The notes under the pieces are model-generated. The model made no database searches and had not been told where the DNA came from. It was given only the letters and a program-made list of their open reading frames with translations. Position numbers and translations under genes: made by a program. A stretch of DNA of 64,000 bases from an uncultured Collinsella sp. GTDB lineage: Bacteria; Actinomycetota; Coriobacteriia; Coriobacteriales; Coriobacteriaceae. Shown piece by piece: positions 1 to 9,400 of the stretch (position 1 is the stretch's first letter; every line of letters begins with the position of its first letter). The stretch is from NCBI GenBank assembly GCA_900540905.1, contig UQHR01000002.1:45321-109320 (forward strand). The letters run 5' to 3'.

Positions 1-927
1 AAAGCGCGGTCTGAGAATCGGCCGAACCCTTGAGCGCGAGCTCCACATCAACGGCACCCTCGAGCGCTGCGACGAGCTCTGCCATCGAAAAGCGACGTGC
101 CCAGGTCAGGTGATTCTTGACCTGCCAGGACTGGAGTTTGAGCGTTGCGGCCAGCTCACGACCCTGTCCGCGCGCATCGAGCGCCTTGGCAACGATAAGC
201 TCGCGAATGCGGCCGCACAGCAATGTGTACGTCCACACGTAGCTCTTGGCGGGCAGCAGCCCAAAGAGCTCGAGCGACCGGCGCATATCGCGGGCCGAGA
301 CCGCGTTGAGGAAGTCCCAGGGCTGAACTTCGGCCGTGCGCACGATCCAGCGCTCCACATCGGCAAGCTCAATTTGCGGTGCCTCGACCATCTGGGCAAG
401 CTTAGCCAAGTCGTTATCGAGCATGCGGGTGTTCTCACCCGAACGCGAGACGAGCTCCTCGGCGGCCGCCGTCGAGATCGACTTGCCGTGCTGCGTCGCC
501 ATCTGCTGCACGCGGCGCGGTAGCTCCCAGCGCTTGGTGCCGGAGCAATCGATCACAGCCTTCTTGTCGATCTTGGCGATCGCCTTATACAGGCGCGTGT
601 TCTTGGCAAGCGAGTCGGCGATGATGAGGCAGACCGTTGTGGGGCTGGGACTCGCCAGATACTCGACGAGCGGCTCCGAGACCGCCTTGGCGAGCTTTGA
701 GCAGCCGTCAAGGATTACCAGGCGAAACTCGCTGCCCATCGGAAAGGTGTTAAGCGATCCGATAATGGACTCGATATCGGGGTCTTTGGTCATGTCGCGC
801 TCGTCGAGGTTGAACTCAACCATACCCGACTTTTCCAGACGCGCTTTCATACGCGAGACGGCGTGATCGCGCTTGACTCCGTCGGTACCGACAATCAGAT
901 ATGCCGGCAGCAGACCGGTTTCGGACA
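1..927 (-). CDS. holA: DNA polymerase III subunit delta (HolA), 5' part only; the 3' end runs off the window start
   Basis: Manual reverse translation from the ATG at 927 gives MSETGLLPAYLIVGTDGVKRDHAVSRMKARLEKSGMVEFNL... as an open frame to position 1. The ORF track does not list it because it is truncated. The N-terminus is HolA-like, and the gene sits downstream of comEA-comEC, the classic comEA-comEC-holA arrangement. Confidence 0.75.
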
Positions 928-1006
928 TTGCGCTCCCCTCCCGCAGGCCTTCGTATTCGTTCCGTGCCATTCTAGCCCAGGGGCCCACCACACGCCAACG
1001 ACGTCG

Positions 1007-3322
1007 TCACGGTCGCTGGCATCGCATCGCAAAGCCATTCGCAGTCGGCGTGATGGTGATATCGCCGTGTTCGATGGTGCACGCGAACACGCCGCCCGCT
1101 TCCTTAACGGCATCGATGCAGGCATCGGACGGATGGCCGTATCGATTCCCCTCGCCCGCGCTCGCGAGGGAAAGCTCGGGCTTCAGGACGTCCAGCAACT
1201 CACCATCAACTGAAACCTTAGAGCCGTGATGCCCAAGTTTAAGGACATCGATATCCCCCACCTCCTGCACGAATTCCCGTTCTTGGTCAAGCTCGGCATC
1301 ACCGGTGAGGAGTATGCGCAGGCCCTTGCCTTCCTGATCATAAGAGAGCAGCAGGACAAGCGAGTCCTCATTTCCCTCGCCATCCACGGACTCGAATGGC
1401 CACACCACGCGGGCGCAAAAAGAGCCGATGTCGACCGTATCCCCACGGCACACCTGCCGATACTCCACGCCAGGTCGGTTCAATACCTCGGCAGGAGCAT
1501 CCTCCAGCGCATCCGCCGCCACGGCAATCGTTCCGACCGAAAACTGTTCGAGCACGGCAGGCAGACCACCCCAGTGGTCCTCATCCCAATGCGTCACAAA
1601 GACGGCATCGATATGGTGCACGTTATTGCGAACCAACGCCGCCACCACGCGCTCGTCGAGCCCGCAGTCGACGAGCGCCACTGCGCCGCCCTGGCGAATA
1701 AGAATCGCATCGGCCTGGCCCACATCGAGCACCGTCACCGAAGGCGGAGCGAATCGATCCCAGTAGGCGTACGGAATCGCAGCCAAGAGCACCAGGCATG
1801 CAAGCCCCACCGCCATAGGACGTGCACGGGGACGCGGCCACCGGACAAGCAGAACCGCCAGCAAACACGGCACTAGGTAAATCCACTTGCTATCGGGCGG
1901 CACACTCACGGATGCACCCGGCACGGCGGCAAACAGCTGCTCGAAAAACAGCGCGCAACGGGCGGCAATCATGGGCACAACGAGCGCCCAAGTCCGCAAC
2001 GGTCCCACGAGCGAAAAGGGAACCAGCACGATGGACAAAGCAAGCAGTACGCTCACCACCGGACCGATGACCGCATTTGCCAACGGAGCAATGAGCGAGA
2101 ACGTACCGAATGCAGGAATGGTAATGGGAAGTGTCGCCAGTTGCGAGCACAGCGTGACGGAAAGCATACTGGCAACGCCCGATGGCACACCCAGTTCACC
2201 CAAAGCGTAGGTCGCATAGGGGCAAAAGCACAGAATGGCTAAGACGCTGGCACATGAAAGCTGAAAGCCCATCTCGAACAGCACCGTCGGCCGCAGTAGC
2301 ACAAAGATGGACATGGTTACGAAGAGTGCCGATGCGCCGTGCCGGCGACGCCCCGCGCCGTTTACGACAAGCGTCGCGAACACCATGCAGCACGCGCGCA
2401 CGGCCGAGGGAGACGCGCCCGTAAAGGCAGCGTAGCCAACAAGCGTTATCGCCAATATCGCCCGCTGAAGACCACGTGAGCACCGAGTCTTTTGCAATAC
2501 ACCCTCGATTACAAACCCCACGATAGCCAAATGGCTGCCCGAGACGGCAATAAGATGCGCCGTTCCCGTCAACGAAAACCAGTCGCCCGCCGGCTGGGCG
2601 CGCAGCTCGGCCGAACGACCGCAGACGACACCGGCTATGAGCGCACGCGCCGGGTCGGTCGCAGGCGCGATGGACGTTAGCAGCCCATTTCGCAGCCGAA
2701 GCAGCGGGCCCGGAGAGCCCTCATCGACCGGCACAATCCGAACGGCTTGAACCTTGCGCACCTCGCCTCGGAGCACGCGCGATCGTCCATATGCATCGTT
2801 CTCAAAACGTGAAACACGACCGATAACACGCACGTGCGCCCCGACCTTGAGCTCGCGGTCACACGATAGGCGAACCGTTGCCAAGTTCTTACCGTCCGCG
2901 CGTGCCTCGCAGGTATAGGAATATACGTCGTCGTTTATGGATGGATCACCCTGCACGACAAACTCGAGGCTGCTTGCCGCTCGACCGTCGAGCGCCTTCG
3001 AGGCGCCTAGCGTGCCCACAGCCCACCACGCCGAGACGACCGCTCCCGCCACGAGACCGACGGACGCGGCATACAGCCACCGCTTCCAAGGGGCAAGCCG
3101 CGCACAAGATTGAGCCAGCAAAACGAATACCGCCGCCGCAACGGGAATGGCCCATAGCGGCCCGACTGCCGGCGCCTGCTCCCTCAGCAGCGCATCAGCG
3201 GTCACGTTGAGCACCAAGGCGCAGCTCATGCACATGCCGGCACAAAGGGCCATCGTCCACGGCATCAGAGGTCGCGGAGGCATCACATGTTCGCGCTCGG
3301 TCGCACTCATACGCAGATACAA
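1007..3322 (-). CDS. comEC: DNA internalization-related competence protein ComEC/Rec2
   Basis: 771 aa with a polytopic membrane N-region and a C-terminal metallo-beta-lactamase fold (VLDVGQADAILIR, HWDEDHWGG). Its start overlaps the comEA stop. Confidence 0.88.
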   Translation of the reverse strand: MYLRMSATEREHVMPPRPLMPWTMALCAGMCMSCALVLNVTADALLREQAPAVGPLWAIPVAAAVFVLLAQSCARLAPWKRWLYAASVGLVAGAVVSAWWAVGTLGASKALDGRAASSLEFVVQGDPSINDDVYSYTCEARADGKNLATVRLSCDRELKVGAHVRVIGRVSRFENDAYGRSRVLRGEVRKVQAVRIVPVDEGSPGPLLRLRNGLLTSIAPATDPARALIAGVVCGRSAELRAQPAGDWFSLTGTAHLIAVSGSHLAIVGFVIEGVLQKTRCSRGLQRAILAITLVGYAAFTGASPSAVRACCMVFATLVVNGAGRRRHGASALFVTMSIFVLLRPTVLFEMGFQLSCASVLAILCFCPYATYALGELGVPSGVASMLSVTLCSQLATLPITIPAFGTFSLIAPLANAVIGPVVSVLLALSIVLVPFSLVGPLRTWALVVPMIAARCALFFEQLFAAVPGASVSVPPDSKWIYLVPCLLAVLLVRWPRPRARPMAVGLACLVLLAAIPYAYWDRFAPPSVTVLDVGQADAILIRQGGAVALVDCGLDERVVAALVRNNVHHIDAVFVTHWDEDHWGGLPAVLEQFSVGTIAVAADALEDAPAEVLNRPGVEYRQVCRGDTVDIGSFCARVVWPFESVDGEGNEDSLVLLLSYDQEGKGLRILLTGDAELDQEREFVQEVGDIDVLKLGHHGSKVSVDGELLDVLKPELSLASAGEGNRYGHPSDACIDAVKEAGGVFACTIEHGDITITPTANGFAMRCQRP

Positions 3323-4098
3323 TCTTTGTTTTTGGCGAGCTTCTTCTCACCGATCCCCGACACACGCATCAGATCGTCAACCGAGGCAAAAGCACCGTTC
3401 TTTGTCCGCTCATCGATAATCGACTGGGCCATGGAGGGGCCGATGCCCGAAAGCGTCTGCAGCTCTGCCGCGCTTGCCGTATTGATATTTACTAGGCCTG
3501 TTGCGCCACTCACGCCCGATGATGCGGAAGCCCCACCATCAACACCGGCTTCCGCAATGGACGCCTGCTGCTCCCCTACCGTTGGAACGTGAATCTTCTG
3601 TCCATCGACGACCTTAGATGCCCGATTGAGCCCCGTAACGTCTGCCTCGGGCGCCAGCCCGCCGGCGGCATCAATCGCCTGAGCCACCCGCGCGCCGTCC
3701 TTGAGACGATATACACCGGGCGACACAACGGCGCCATCGACATCGACATAGACCTCTGCCGCGGCAGAAGCCTTAGACGAAGAGCCTTCGGATGTCTTTC
3801 CGCTCGAAGCATCGCCGGATCCCGGCTCCACTAACGAATCCGAACCATCAGTGCGCTCAAACGACACACTGCCGGCACCGCCGCCAAGGTTCGCCATCGC
3901 CAGTCCACTCGCCATCGCAATGACGACCAGTATCGCCATCACCACCGCCTTATGACCGAGCAGCTTGTCCGCCAAGCGGTCCATCCGTTTGACCCGTTCG
4001 TGTTGTTCGCGCTGCGCCATAGCAAAACCTCCCAACACCATCGTGTCAGGAAAAGAGTCCTGCAACAGCCATTCTCCAAAACCGGTTTTCGCGGTCAA
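3307..4098 (-). CDS. comEA: Competence protein ComEA (helix-hairpin-helix DNA-binding protein); the true start may be an internal Met
   Basis: C-terminal tandem HhH region NINTASAAELQTLSGIGPSMAQSIIDERTKNGAFASVDDLMRVSGIGEKKLAKN. An N-terminal TM segment precedes a Ser/Gly-rich linker. Confidence 0.85.
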   Translation of the reverse strand: MTAKTGFGEWLLQDSFPDTMVLGGFAMAQREQHERVKRMDRLADKLLGHKAVVMAILVVIAMASGLAMANLGGGAGSVSFERTDGSDSLVEPGSGDASSGKTSEGSSSKASAAAEVYVDVDGAVVSPGVYRLKDGARVAQAIDAAGGLAPEADVTGLNRASKVVDGQKIHVPTVGEQQASIAEAGVDGGASASSGVSGATGLVNINTASAAELQTLSGIGPSMAQSIIDERTKNGAFASVDDLMRVSGIGEKKLAKNKDCICV

Positions 4099-4186
4099 AC
4101 CAAAAGCCGACCAAAACCTTGCAAAAATCTGTCCATTTATTCAGGCACACGTCAGCAAATGAACACTTAGCCGCAAAATGCCCAGA

Positions 4187-4224
4187 TAGCAAAAGACCGA
4201 CGATGCAGGCGCATCGTCGGTCTA
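4187..4224 (-). terminator. Rho-independent terminator downstream of thiI
   Basis: Perfect 12-bp stem agaccgacgatg/catcgtcggtct (4195-4224). On the minus-strand transcript it is followed by uuuugcuaucu. Confidence 0.6.
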
Positions 4225-4233
4225 TGCACAAAT

Positions 4234-5478
4234 TTACTCGTGATCTTGGTAAATCTCACGCGGAGCAAGCTCCGAATGGTTGCGTTTTAAGGTCTTAGGG
4301 GCCTTATACGTGTTGCTCTCGAAGTCGATGTACTCGGTCTGCTTGAGCAGGCGCTCGATCATCTCCTCGTGATCGAACAACTCCCAAGCCTCATGCACGG
4401 CATCGAGTTTAGCGTGCGTCTCGGGACGGCGCGGCATAAACAGCGTGCAGCAGTCGGGAGCGGCCTCAGTCGAGATATCGAACGTACCGATCTCCTCGGC
4501 GCGCGCGATGATCTCCTGCTTGTCCGAACCGATGAGAGGACGGAACACGGGGATCTTCACGGCCTCGTTGACGGCCATGATGTTCTCAAGCGTTTGGGAG
4601 GCAACCTGCCCAAGCGATTCACCCGTAACGATGGCCTTGGCGCCCTCGATGTGTGCAATGCGCTCGGCAACCGAATACATAATGCGGCGATACATGATCA
4701 CGCGCAGGTTGCTGGGACAGGTGACCGAAATCTCACGCTGGCAGTCGCCAAACGGCACCACGTACAGGCGACCGATCTGGACACCCGGCTCAAGCGCACG
4801 GATGATGTCCTGTACCAAATACTCGCTCGTATCGGGCGTCTGCGGACGACCGGAGAAATGTACCGGCACGCACACCGCACCGCGACGCGCGAGCATCCAA
4901 GTCGCCACCGGAGAATCGATACCCGACGACAGCAGCGTCACGACCTTGCCGGCAGAACCCACCGGCAGACCGCCCACGCCGCGCTCGGAGCGCGCGTACA
5001 CATAAACGCTACCCTGAACCACCAGTACGTGCACCATGGCATCGGGGTCGTGCATTTGAACCTTTTTATCGGGGAAGGCCTCACACAACACCTCGCCCAC
5101 CTGACGATTGATATCAATCGAGGTGAGCTCATAGTCGGTATTGGAGCGCTTGGCGTGCACCTTAAACGAATCGAAAGGACCAAACTCGCGCAGCGCCTTG
5201 ACGGCGGCGGCACAGTACTCCTGCGGGTCGCGGTTAGTGTGATACGCCAAAGACACACGAGCAACGCCGGGAACGGTGCGAATGACACGCGCCGCCTCAT
5301 CGGCCTGATGCTCGTTAAAGGTCACGAGGATATAACCGGAAATTCGAGACACGGCATTCACGGAAAAGGCGGCCAAGGCCGCCTTGATGTTATCCATGAG
5401 GATATGCTCAAAATGTGCGCGGTTCTTACCCTTCAGTCCAACCTCGTGATAGTGGACCAGGCAGACGCGAGCCGCCAT
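4234..5478 (-). CDS. thiI: tRNA 4-thiouridine(8) synthase / tRNA sulfurtransferase ThiI
   Basis: THUMP-like N-domain plus PP-loop motif LLSSGIDSPVATWML. 414 aa. Confidence 0.88.
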   Translation of the reverse strand: MAARVCLVHYHEVGLKGKNRAHFEHILMDNIKAALAAFSVNAVSRISGYILVTFNEHQADEAARVIRTVPGVARVSLAYHTNRDPQEYCAAAVKALREFGPFDSFKVHAKRSNTDYELTSIDINRQVGEVLCEAFPDKKVQMHDPDAMVHVLVVQGSVYVYARSERGVGGLPVGSAGKVVTLLSSGIDSPVATWMLARRGAVCVPVHFSGRPQTPDTSEYLVQDIIRALEPGVQIGRLYVVPFGDCQREISVTCPSNLRVIMYRRIMYSVAERIAHIEGAKAIVTGESLGQVASQTLENIMAVNEAVKIPVFRPLIGSDKQEIIARAEEIGTFDISTEAAPDCCTLFMPRRPETHAKLDAVHEAWELFDHEEMIERLLKQTEYIDFESNTYKAPKTLKRNHSELAPREIYQDHE

Positions 5479-5760
5479 TTAGGCTTCAGCAACCTTGTGG
5501 CCGAGCGCCTTCTCGTAACGGGCCTCGTCGTAAGAGATGTCGCCATCGACAATCTCGTCCATAGCCATCGAGATGGTATCGGCACCGGAAAGCCCGATGG
5601 TAATGTCATCAACATCCTGGACGGCAAGCACGCGGTTGTGCTGGCCACGCAGCATGCTATTGATGTCGCAGGCGCGCTTGGAGGCAAGCGAAGCGAGCAA
5701 GAAGCGGTTGTGATCGGTCTTCTCCAGAAGATCGTCAATGCAAGGCTTTACAACGGACAC
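5479..5760 (-). CDS. rpoZ: DNA-directed RNA polymerase subunit omega
   Basis: 93 aa containing NRFLLASLASKRACDIN (the RpoZ signature). It lies immediately downstream of gmk, the conserved gmk-rpoZ pair. Confidence 0.85.
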   Translation of the reverse strand: MSVVKPCIDDLLEKTDHNRFLLASLASKRACDINSMLRGQHNRVLAVQDVDDITIGLSGADTISMAMDEIVDGDISYDEARYEKALGHKVAEA

Positions 5761-5765
5761 GGACC

Positions 5766-6335
5766 TCAGATCCTTTCATGCATATCGAGAACGCGAACGA
5801 GCTCATCGGTCGCGCGGTCGAGATCGTCATTCACCACGACGTCGTCGTAGCGGTCAGCAAGGGCAAGCTCATCGGCGGCGTTTGCCATACGCAGCTCAAT
5901 CGTCTCGGGCGTCTCGGTACCGCGACCGACTAGACGCTCGCGAAGCACCTCGAGCGAAGGCGGCTTGATAAAGATCAGCACGGCCTCGGGGAAACGCTCC
6001 TTCACCTGCAGGGCACCCTGGACATCGATCTCCAGAATCAGAGACGCGCCCGAGGCGAGCTTGGACTGGACCTCGCTCACCAACGTGCCGTAGCAGTTTC
6101 CGTGGACCTCGGCCCACTCAACAAACTCACCGTTTGCCACGCGGCGGTCGAACTCCTCACGCGTCAGAAAAAAGTAGTTGACGCCGTCGACCTCACCTTT
6201 GCGTGGTGCTCGCGTGGTAGCCGAAACCGTCAGGCCCAGGTTCGAGCGGCGCTCGCGCACACGAGTGACGAGCGTACCCTTGCCTGCGCCTGACGGTCCA
6301 GAAATCACAAAGAGCTTGGAATCCTGAGCGCTCAC
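5766..6335 (-). CDS. gmk: Guanylate kinase
   Basis: P-loop ISGPSGAGKGTL and guanylate kinase length (189 aa). Confidence 0.92.
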   Translation of the reverse strand: MSAQDSKLFVISGPSGAGKGTLVTRVRERRSNLGLTVSATTRAPRKGEVDGVNYFFLTREEFDRRVANGEFVEWAEVHGNCYGTLVSEVQSKLASGASLILEIDVQGALQVKERFPEAVLIFIKPPSLEVLRERLVGRGTETPETIELRMANAADELALADRYDDVVVNDDLDRATDELVRVLDMHERI

Positions 6336-6656
6336 TTATTTGGTCAGCTGCTCGAGGAGCTGCTCGCGCTGACGGACGCCGAGGCCCTGGACGCGACGGG
6401 TAGCGGAGATACCGAGCTCCTCCATGATCTTGGCGGCCTTGGCCTTGCCATAACCAGGGAGAGACTCGATGAGGGTGGAAACCTTCATGCGGGAAGCGAT
6501 GGGGTCATCGGAGTTGAGCACGGACTCGAGGGACTTCTCGCCCTTCTTGATCTGCTCGCGAAGCTCAGCGCGGGCGTGACGTGCAGCAGCAGCCTTCTCA
6601 AGAGCCTGCTTGCGCTGCTCATCGGTAAGCTGAGGGAGTGCCATTCGTACCTCCAA
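6336..6656 (-). CDS. mihF: Integration host factor, actinobacterial type (mIHF)
   Basis: 106 aa. Position upstream of gmk-rpoZ is as in Actinobacteria. The C-terminal region LPGYGKAKAAKIMEELGIS... is typical of mIHF. Confidence 0.8.
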   Translation of the reverse strand: MEVRMALPQLTDEQRKQALEKAAAARHARAELREQIKKGEKSLESVLNSDDPIASRMKVSTLIESLPGYGKAKAAKIMEELGISATRRVQGLGVRQREQLLEQLTK

Positions 6657-6883
6657 AAAGTTGGGTTATATCTGATTCAATAATTGGCATTTTAGCACGT
6701 AGAACGTACAAAATGCCCAATCGCGGCTCCATAGGTTAGACGATACCCGCAAAAAGTGCAATATACTGCGCCCAAAGTTAAGCCCCTGACCTGCGATTCC
6801 ACACAAAGGATGGGAAAGTTTACGCAGGCACAGGGGCTATTTTGTGCTAATGAGACCCAAAAGTGGTGACTTAGGGGAATCTT

Positions 6884-7600
6884 TTAGGCGACGTTTTCGA
6901 CCAGCTCAGCGACAATAGCGTCAAAGGCGGCAACCGGATCGTCGGCGCCGGTGATGGGACGGCCCACCACAATGTGGCTTGCGCCACGCTCGATAGCCTG
7001 GGAAGGCGTCGCCACGCGGGACTGGTCACCAAGGGCGGCACCCACCGGACGCACACCCGGAGTCACGATCAGAGCATCGGGACCCAGCAGCTCACGCATG
7101 TCGTGAGCCTCCATCGGCGAGCACACGATACCGTCGATGCCGTTGGCCTGAGCGAGCTTTGCCAGGCGGGCGGCCTCCTCGGCCACGGGCGACTCGACGC
7201 CGATCTCGCTCAAGGCATCCTGGTTCATGCTCGTGAGCACGGTGATGGCGACGAGCTTGGCGCGGTCCTCGCGCGCCTCCTCGGCGCCCTCGCGGCAGGC
7301 AGCGAGCATGGTGCCCGAACCCAAGCCGTGGACCGAAAGCAGATCGGCACCGGCAAGCGAGGCCGAGCGGGCGGCACCGCGAACCTGATGCGGAATATCA
7401 TGGAACTTGAGGTCAAGGAAGACCTTAAAGCCCAAATCCTTGAACGTCTTGACGATCTCAGGACCCTCGGCGTAATAGAGCGTCATGCCAACCTTGAGCC
7501 AGGCGGCATGGCCCGAAAGCTCGTGGGCAAGCTCGAGCGCACGCTCACGGTCGCAGTCGAGGGCGACGATAACACGGTCGCGGGCATCGGTCTCTAGCAT
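6884..7600 (-). CDS. pyrF: Orotidine 5'-phosphate decarboxylase
   Basis: Starts MLETDARDRVIVALDCD... (ATG at 7598-7600) with the KxxDxxK-type region FKVFLDLKFHDIPHQV. The upstream extension in the ORF track overlaps pyrD and is unlikely to be translated. Confidence 0.88.
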   Translation of the reverse strand: MLETDARDRVIVALDCDRERALELAHELSGHAAWLKVGMTLYYAEGPEIVKTFKDLGFKVFLDLKFHDIPHQVRGAARSASLAGADLLSVHGLGSGTMLAACREGAEEAREDRAKLVAITVLTSMNQDALSEIGVESPVAEEAARLAKLAQANGIDGIVCSPMEAHDMRELLGPDALIVTPGVRPVGAALGDQSRVATPSQAIERGASHIVVGRPITGADDPVAAFDAIVAELVENVA

Positions 7601-8502
7601 TCGAACGCACCTACCAGTTCGTTGATGTCCTTCACGCCCTGGGACTCGGCCCAGGCCTCGAGCTCGTGCGCGATCTTGAGCGAAGCGCACGGATCGACGA
7701 AGTTGGCCATGCCGACCGACACGCAGGTGGCGCCGGCCAGGATAAACTCGGCCGCATCTTCGCCGGTCATGACACCGCCGACACCGTTGATGGGGATATC
7801 GACGGCCTGGGCAACCTCCCAGACCATGCGCACGGCGATGTGGTGGCACAGCGGGCCCGAAAGGCCGCCCTTGGGCTTGGCCACGCGGGACTTGCGGGTA
7901 TGGACGTCGATGGCCATGCCCTGGATGGAGTTGATGACCGAAAGGCCGTCGGCGCCGGCGGCCTCGAGAGCCTTCGCAATCTCGGCGACGTTAACCGGAG
8001 CCATCTTTACGAACAGCGGCTTATCGGTCACCTTACGGCAGGCAGCCATAACGGCAGAGGCGCCCTCGGGCGAGGAGCCCATGGCGGCACCGCCGGCGGC
8101 GATATTGGGGCAGCTCACGTTGATCTCGTAGCCGGCAGCCCAGGGGCACAGCTCGACATACATCTCGAGCGCGCGGACAAACTCCTCGACGGAGTGACCG
8201 GCGACCTGGCAGATGACCTGGCAACCGTCCTTGGAGAGCTGCTCGAGCCACGGACCGGACTCACGGGCAAAGGCAGCCACGCCGGGGTTCTGAAGGCCCA
8301 CGGAGTTGATCATGCCGCCCGGGATCTCGGCCATGCGGGGCGCGGGGTTGCCGGGCCAGGGCTCGGCAGCACAACCCTTGGTGGTGATGGCGCCCAGCTG
8401 GGAGACATCGAAGAAGTTCTGGAACTGCCAACCGTAGCCAAAGGTACCGGCTGCGGTGTTGATGGGGTTTTGCATCTTGACGCCGCCGAAATCGACGGCC
8501 AT
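7594..8502 (-). CDS. pyrD: Dihydroorotate dehydrogenase catalytic subunit (class 1B)
   Basis: MAVDFGGVKMQNPINTAAGTFGYG... is class-1 DHODH. The start was chosen at the Met at 8502. The pyrK subunit is upstream. Confidence 0.88.
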   Translation of the reverse strand: MAVDFGGVKMQNPINTAAGTFGYGWQFQNFFDVSQLGAITTKGCAAEPWPGNPAPRMAEIPGGMINSVGLQNPGVAAFARESGPWLEQLSKDGCQVICQVAGHSVEEFVRALEMYVELCPWAAGYEINVSCPNIAAGGAAMGSSPEGASAVMAACRKVTDKPLFVKMAPVNVAEIAKALEAAGADGLSVINSIQGMAIDVHTRKSRVAKPKGGLSGPLCHHIAVRMVWEVAQAVDIPINGVGGVMTGEDAAEFILAGATCVSVGMANFVDPCASLKIAHELEAWAESQGVKDINELVGAFEC

Positions 8503-8516
8503 GTTTACAGTACCCA

Positions 8517-9308
8517 CTAGAAGACCACCACCTTGGAAGCATCGAACACGGGGCCGCACATGCAGGCGCCCTTCATACCGTCGACCGTCTCGACATTACA
8601 GGTGTTGCAGGCGCCAAAGCCACAGCTCATCATGCGCTCGAGCGACACCTCGCAGTACGCACCGGCCTCGGCAGCAGCGGCGGCGACCTTCTTCATCATG
8701 ACGGCGGGACCGCAGCTGGCGACGTAGTCGTAGCCGCCCTCGCCGAGCAGCTCGGCGGCAGGATCGGTGCAAAAACCGTGCGTGCCGAGCGAGCCGTCGT
8801 CGGTGCAAACGTCGACCGTATCGCACAGAGCGCGGAACTCATCGATACCCACAGCCTTGGACGCGGTGCCAAAGCCCAGGCACACGTCGACGGCCACGCC
8901 CTGCTCGGCAAGCTTACCGGCAAGGCACAGCACGGGCGGAACACCGATGCCGCCCGCAACGAGCAGCGCTTTCCTGGTGCCCTCGGGCACAAGCCAGCCG
9001 CGTCCGCCGGGGCCCAGCAGATTAGAGGTGGAACCGGGGGCCATCTGCGACAGACGACGGGTGTCGTCGCCCACGACGGCGTACCACAGCTCGACGGTGC
9101 CGGCCTGGGCGTCGGCGCGATAGAAGCTCAGGGGCACGCGAAGCAGCGAGGACGCATCACCGGGCACGGCAATGTTCACAAACTGACCGGGCTTGAGCGC
9201 ACTTGCAAGCTTGGGGGCCGAGATGACGAGCGAGAAGATGCCGTCGGCAATCTCCCGGTTCGAGACGACCTCAAAGTCGTGCATGCGTGCAGTGGAAGGT
9301 GTGGGCAT
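8517..9308 (-). CDS. pyrK: Dihydroorotate dehydrogenase electron-transfer subunit (FAD/2Fe-2S)
   Basis: Ferredoxin-reductase fold with a C-terminal Cys cluster CGFGACNTCNVETVDGMKGACMCGPVF. Confidence 0.85.
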   Translation of the reverse strand: MPTPSTARMHDFEVVSNREIADGIFSLVISAPKLASALKPGQFVNIAVPGDASSLLRVPLSFYRADAQAGTVELWYAVVGDDTRRLSQMAPGSTSNLLGPGGRGWLVPEGTRKALLVAGGIGVPPVLCLAGKLAEQGVAVDVCLGFGTASKAVGIDEFRALCDTVDVCTDDGSLGTHGFCTDPAAELLGEGGYDYVASCGPAVMMKKVAAAAAEAGAYCEVSLERMMSCGFGACNTCNVETVDGMKGACMCGPVFDASKVVVF

Positions 9309-9400
9309 AGACGCTCCAATCCCCCATGCGGTTGCATGGTCAAAACGAACAGAAAGCGCGGCACCGCAAGGGCACCGCGCACAAAAGCGATAAGGCTATG

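Noticed and set aside
6871-7056. Small ORFs in intergenic or overlap regions (for example 6871-7056 minus, 12534-12800 plus, 17744-17926 plus)
   Set aside because: They overlap confirmed genes or terminators in other frames and lack RBS or motifs. The 12587-12847 ORF is simply an upstream extension of the true rpmB frame.
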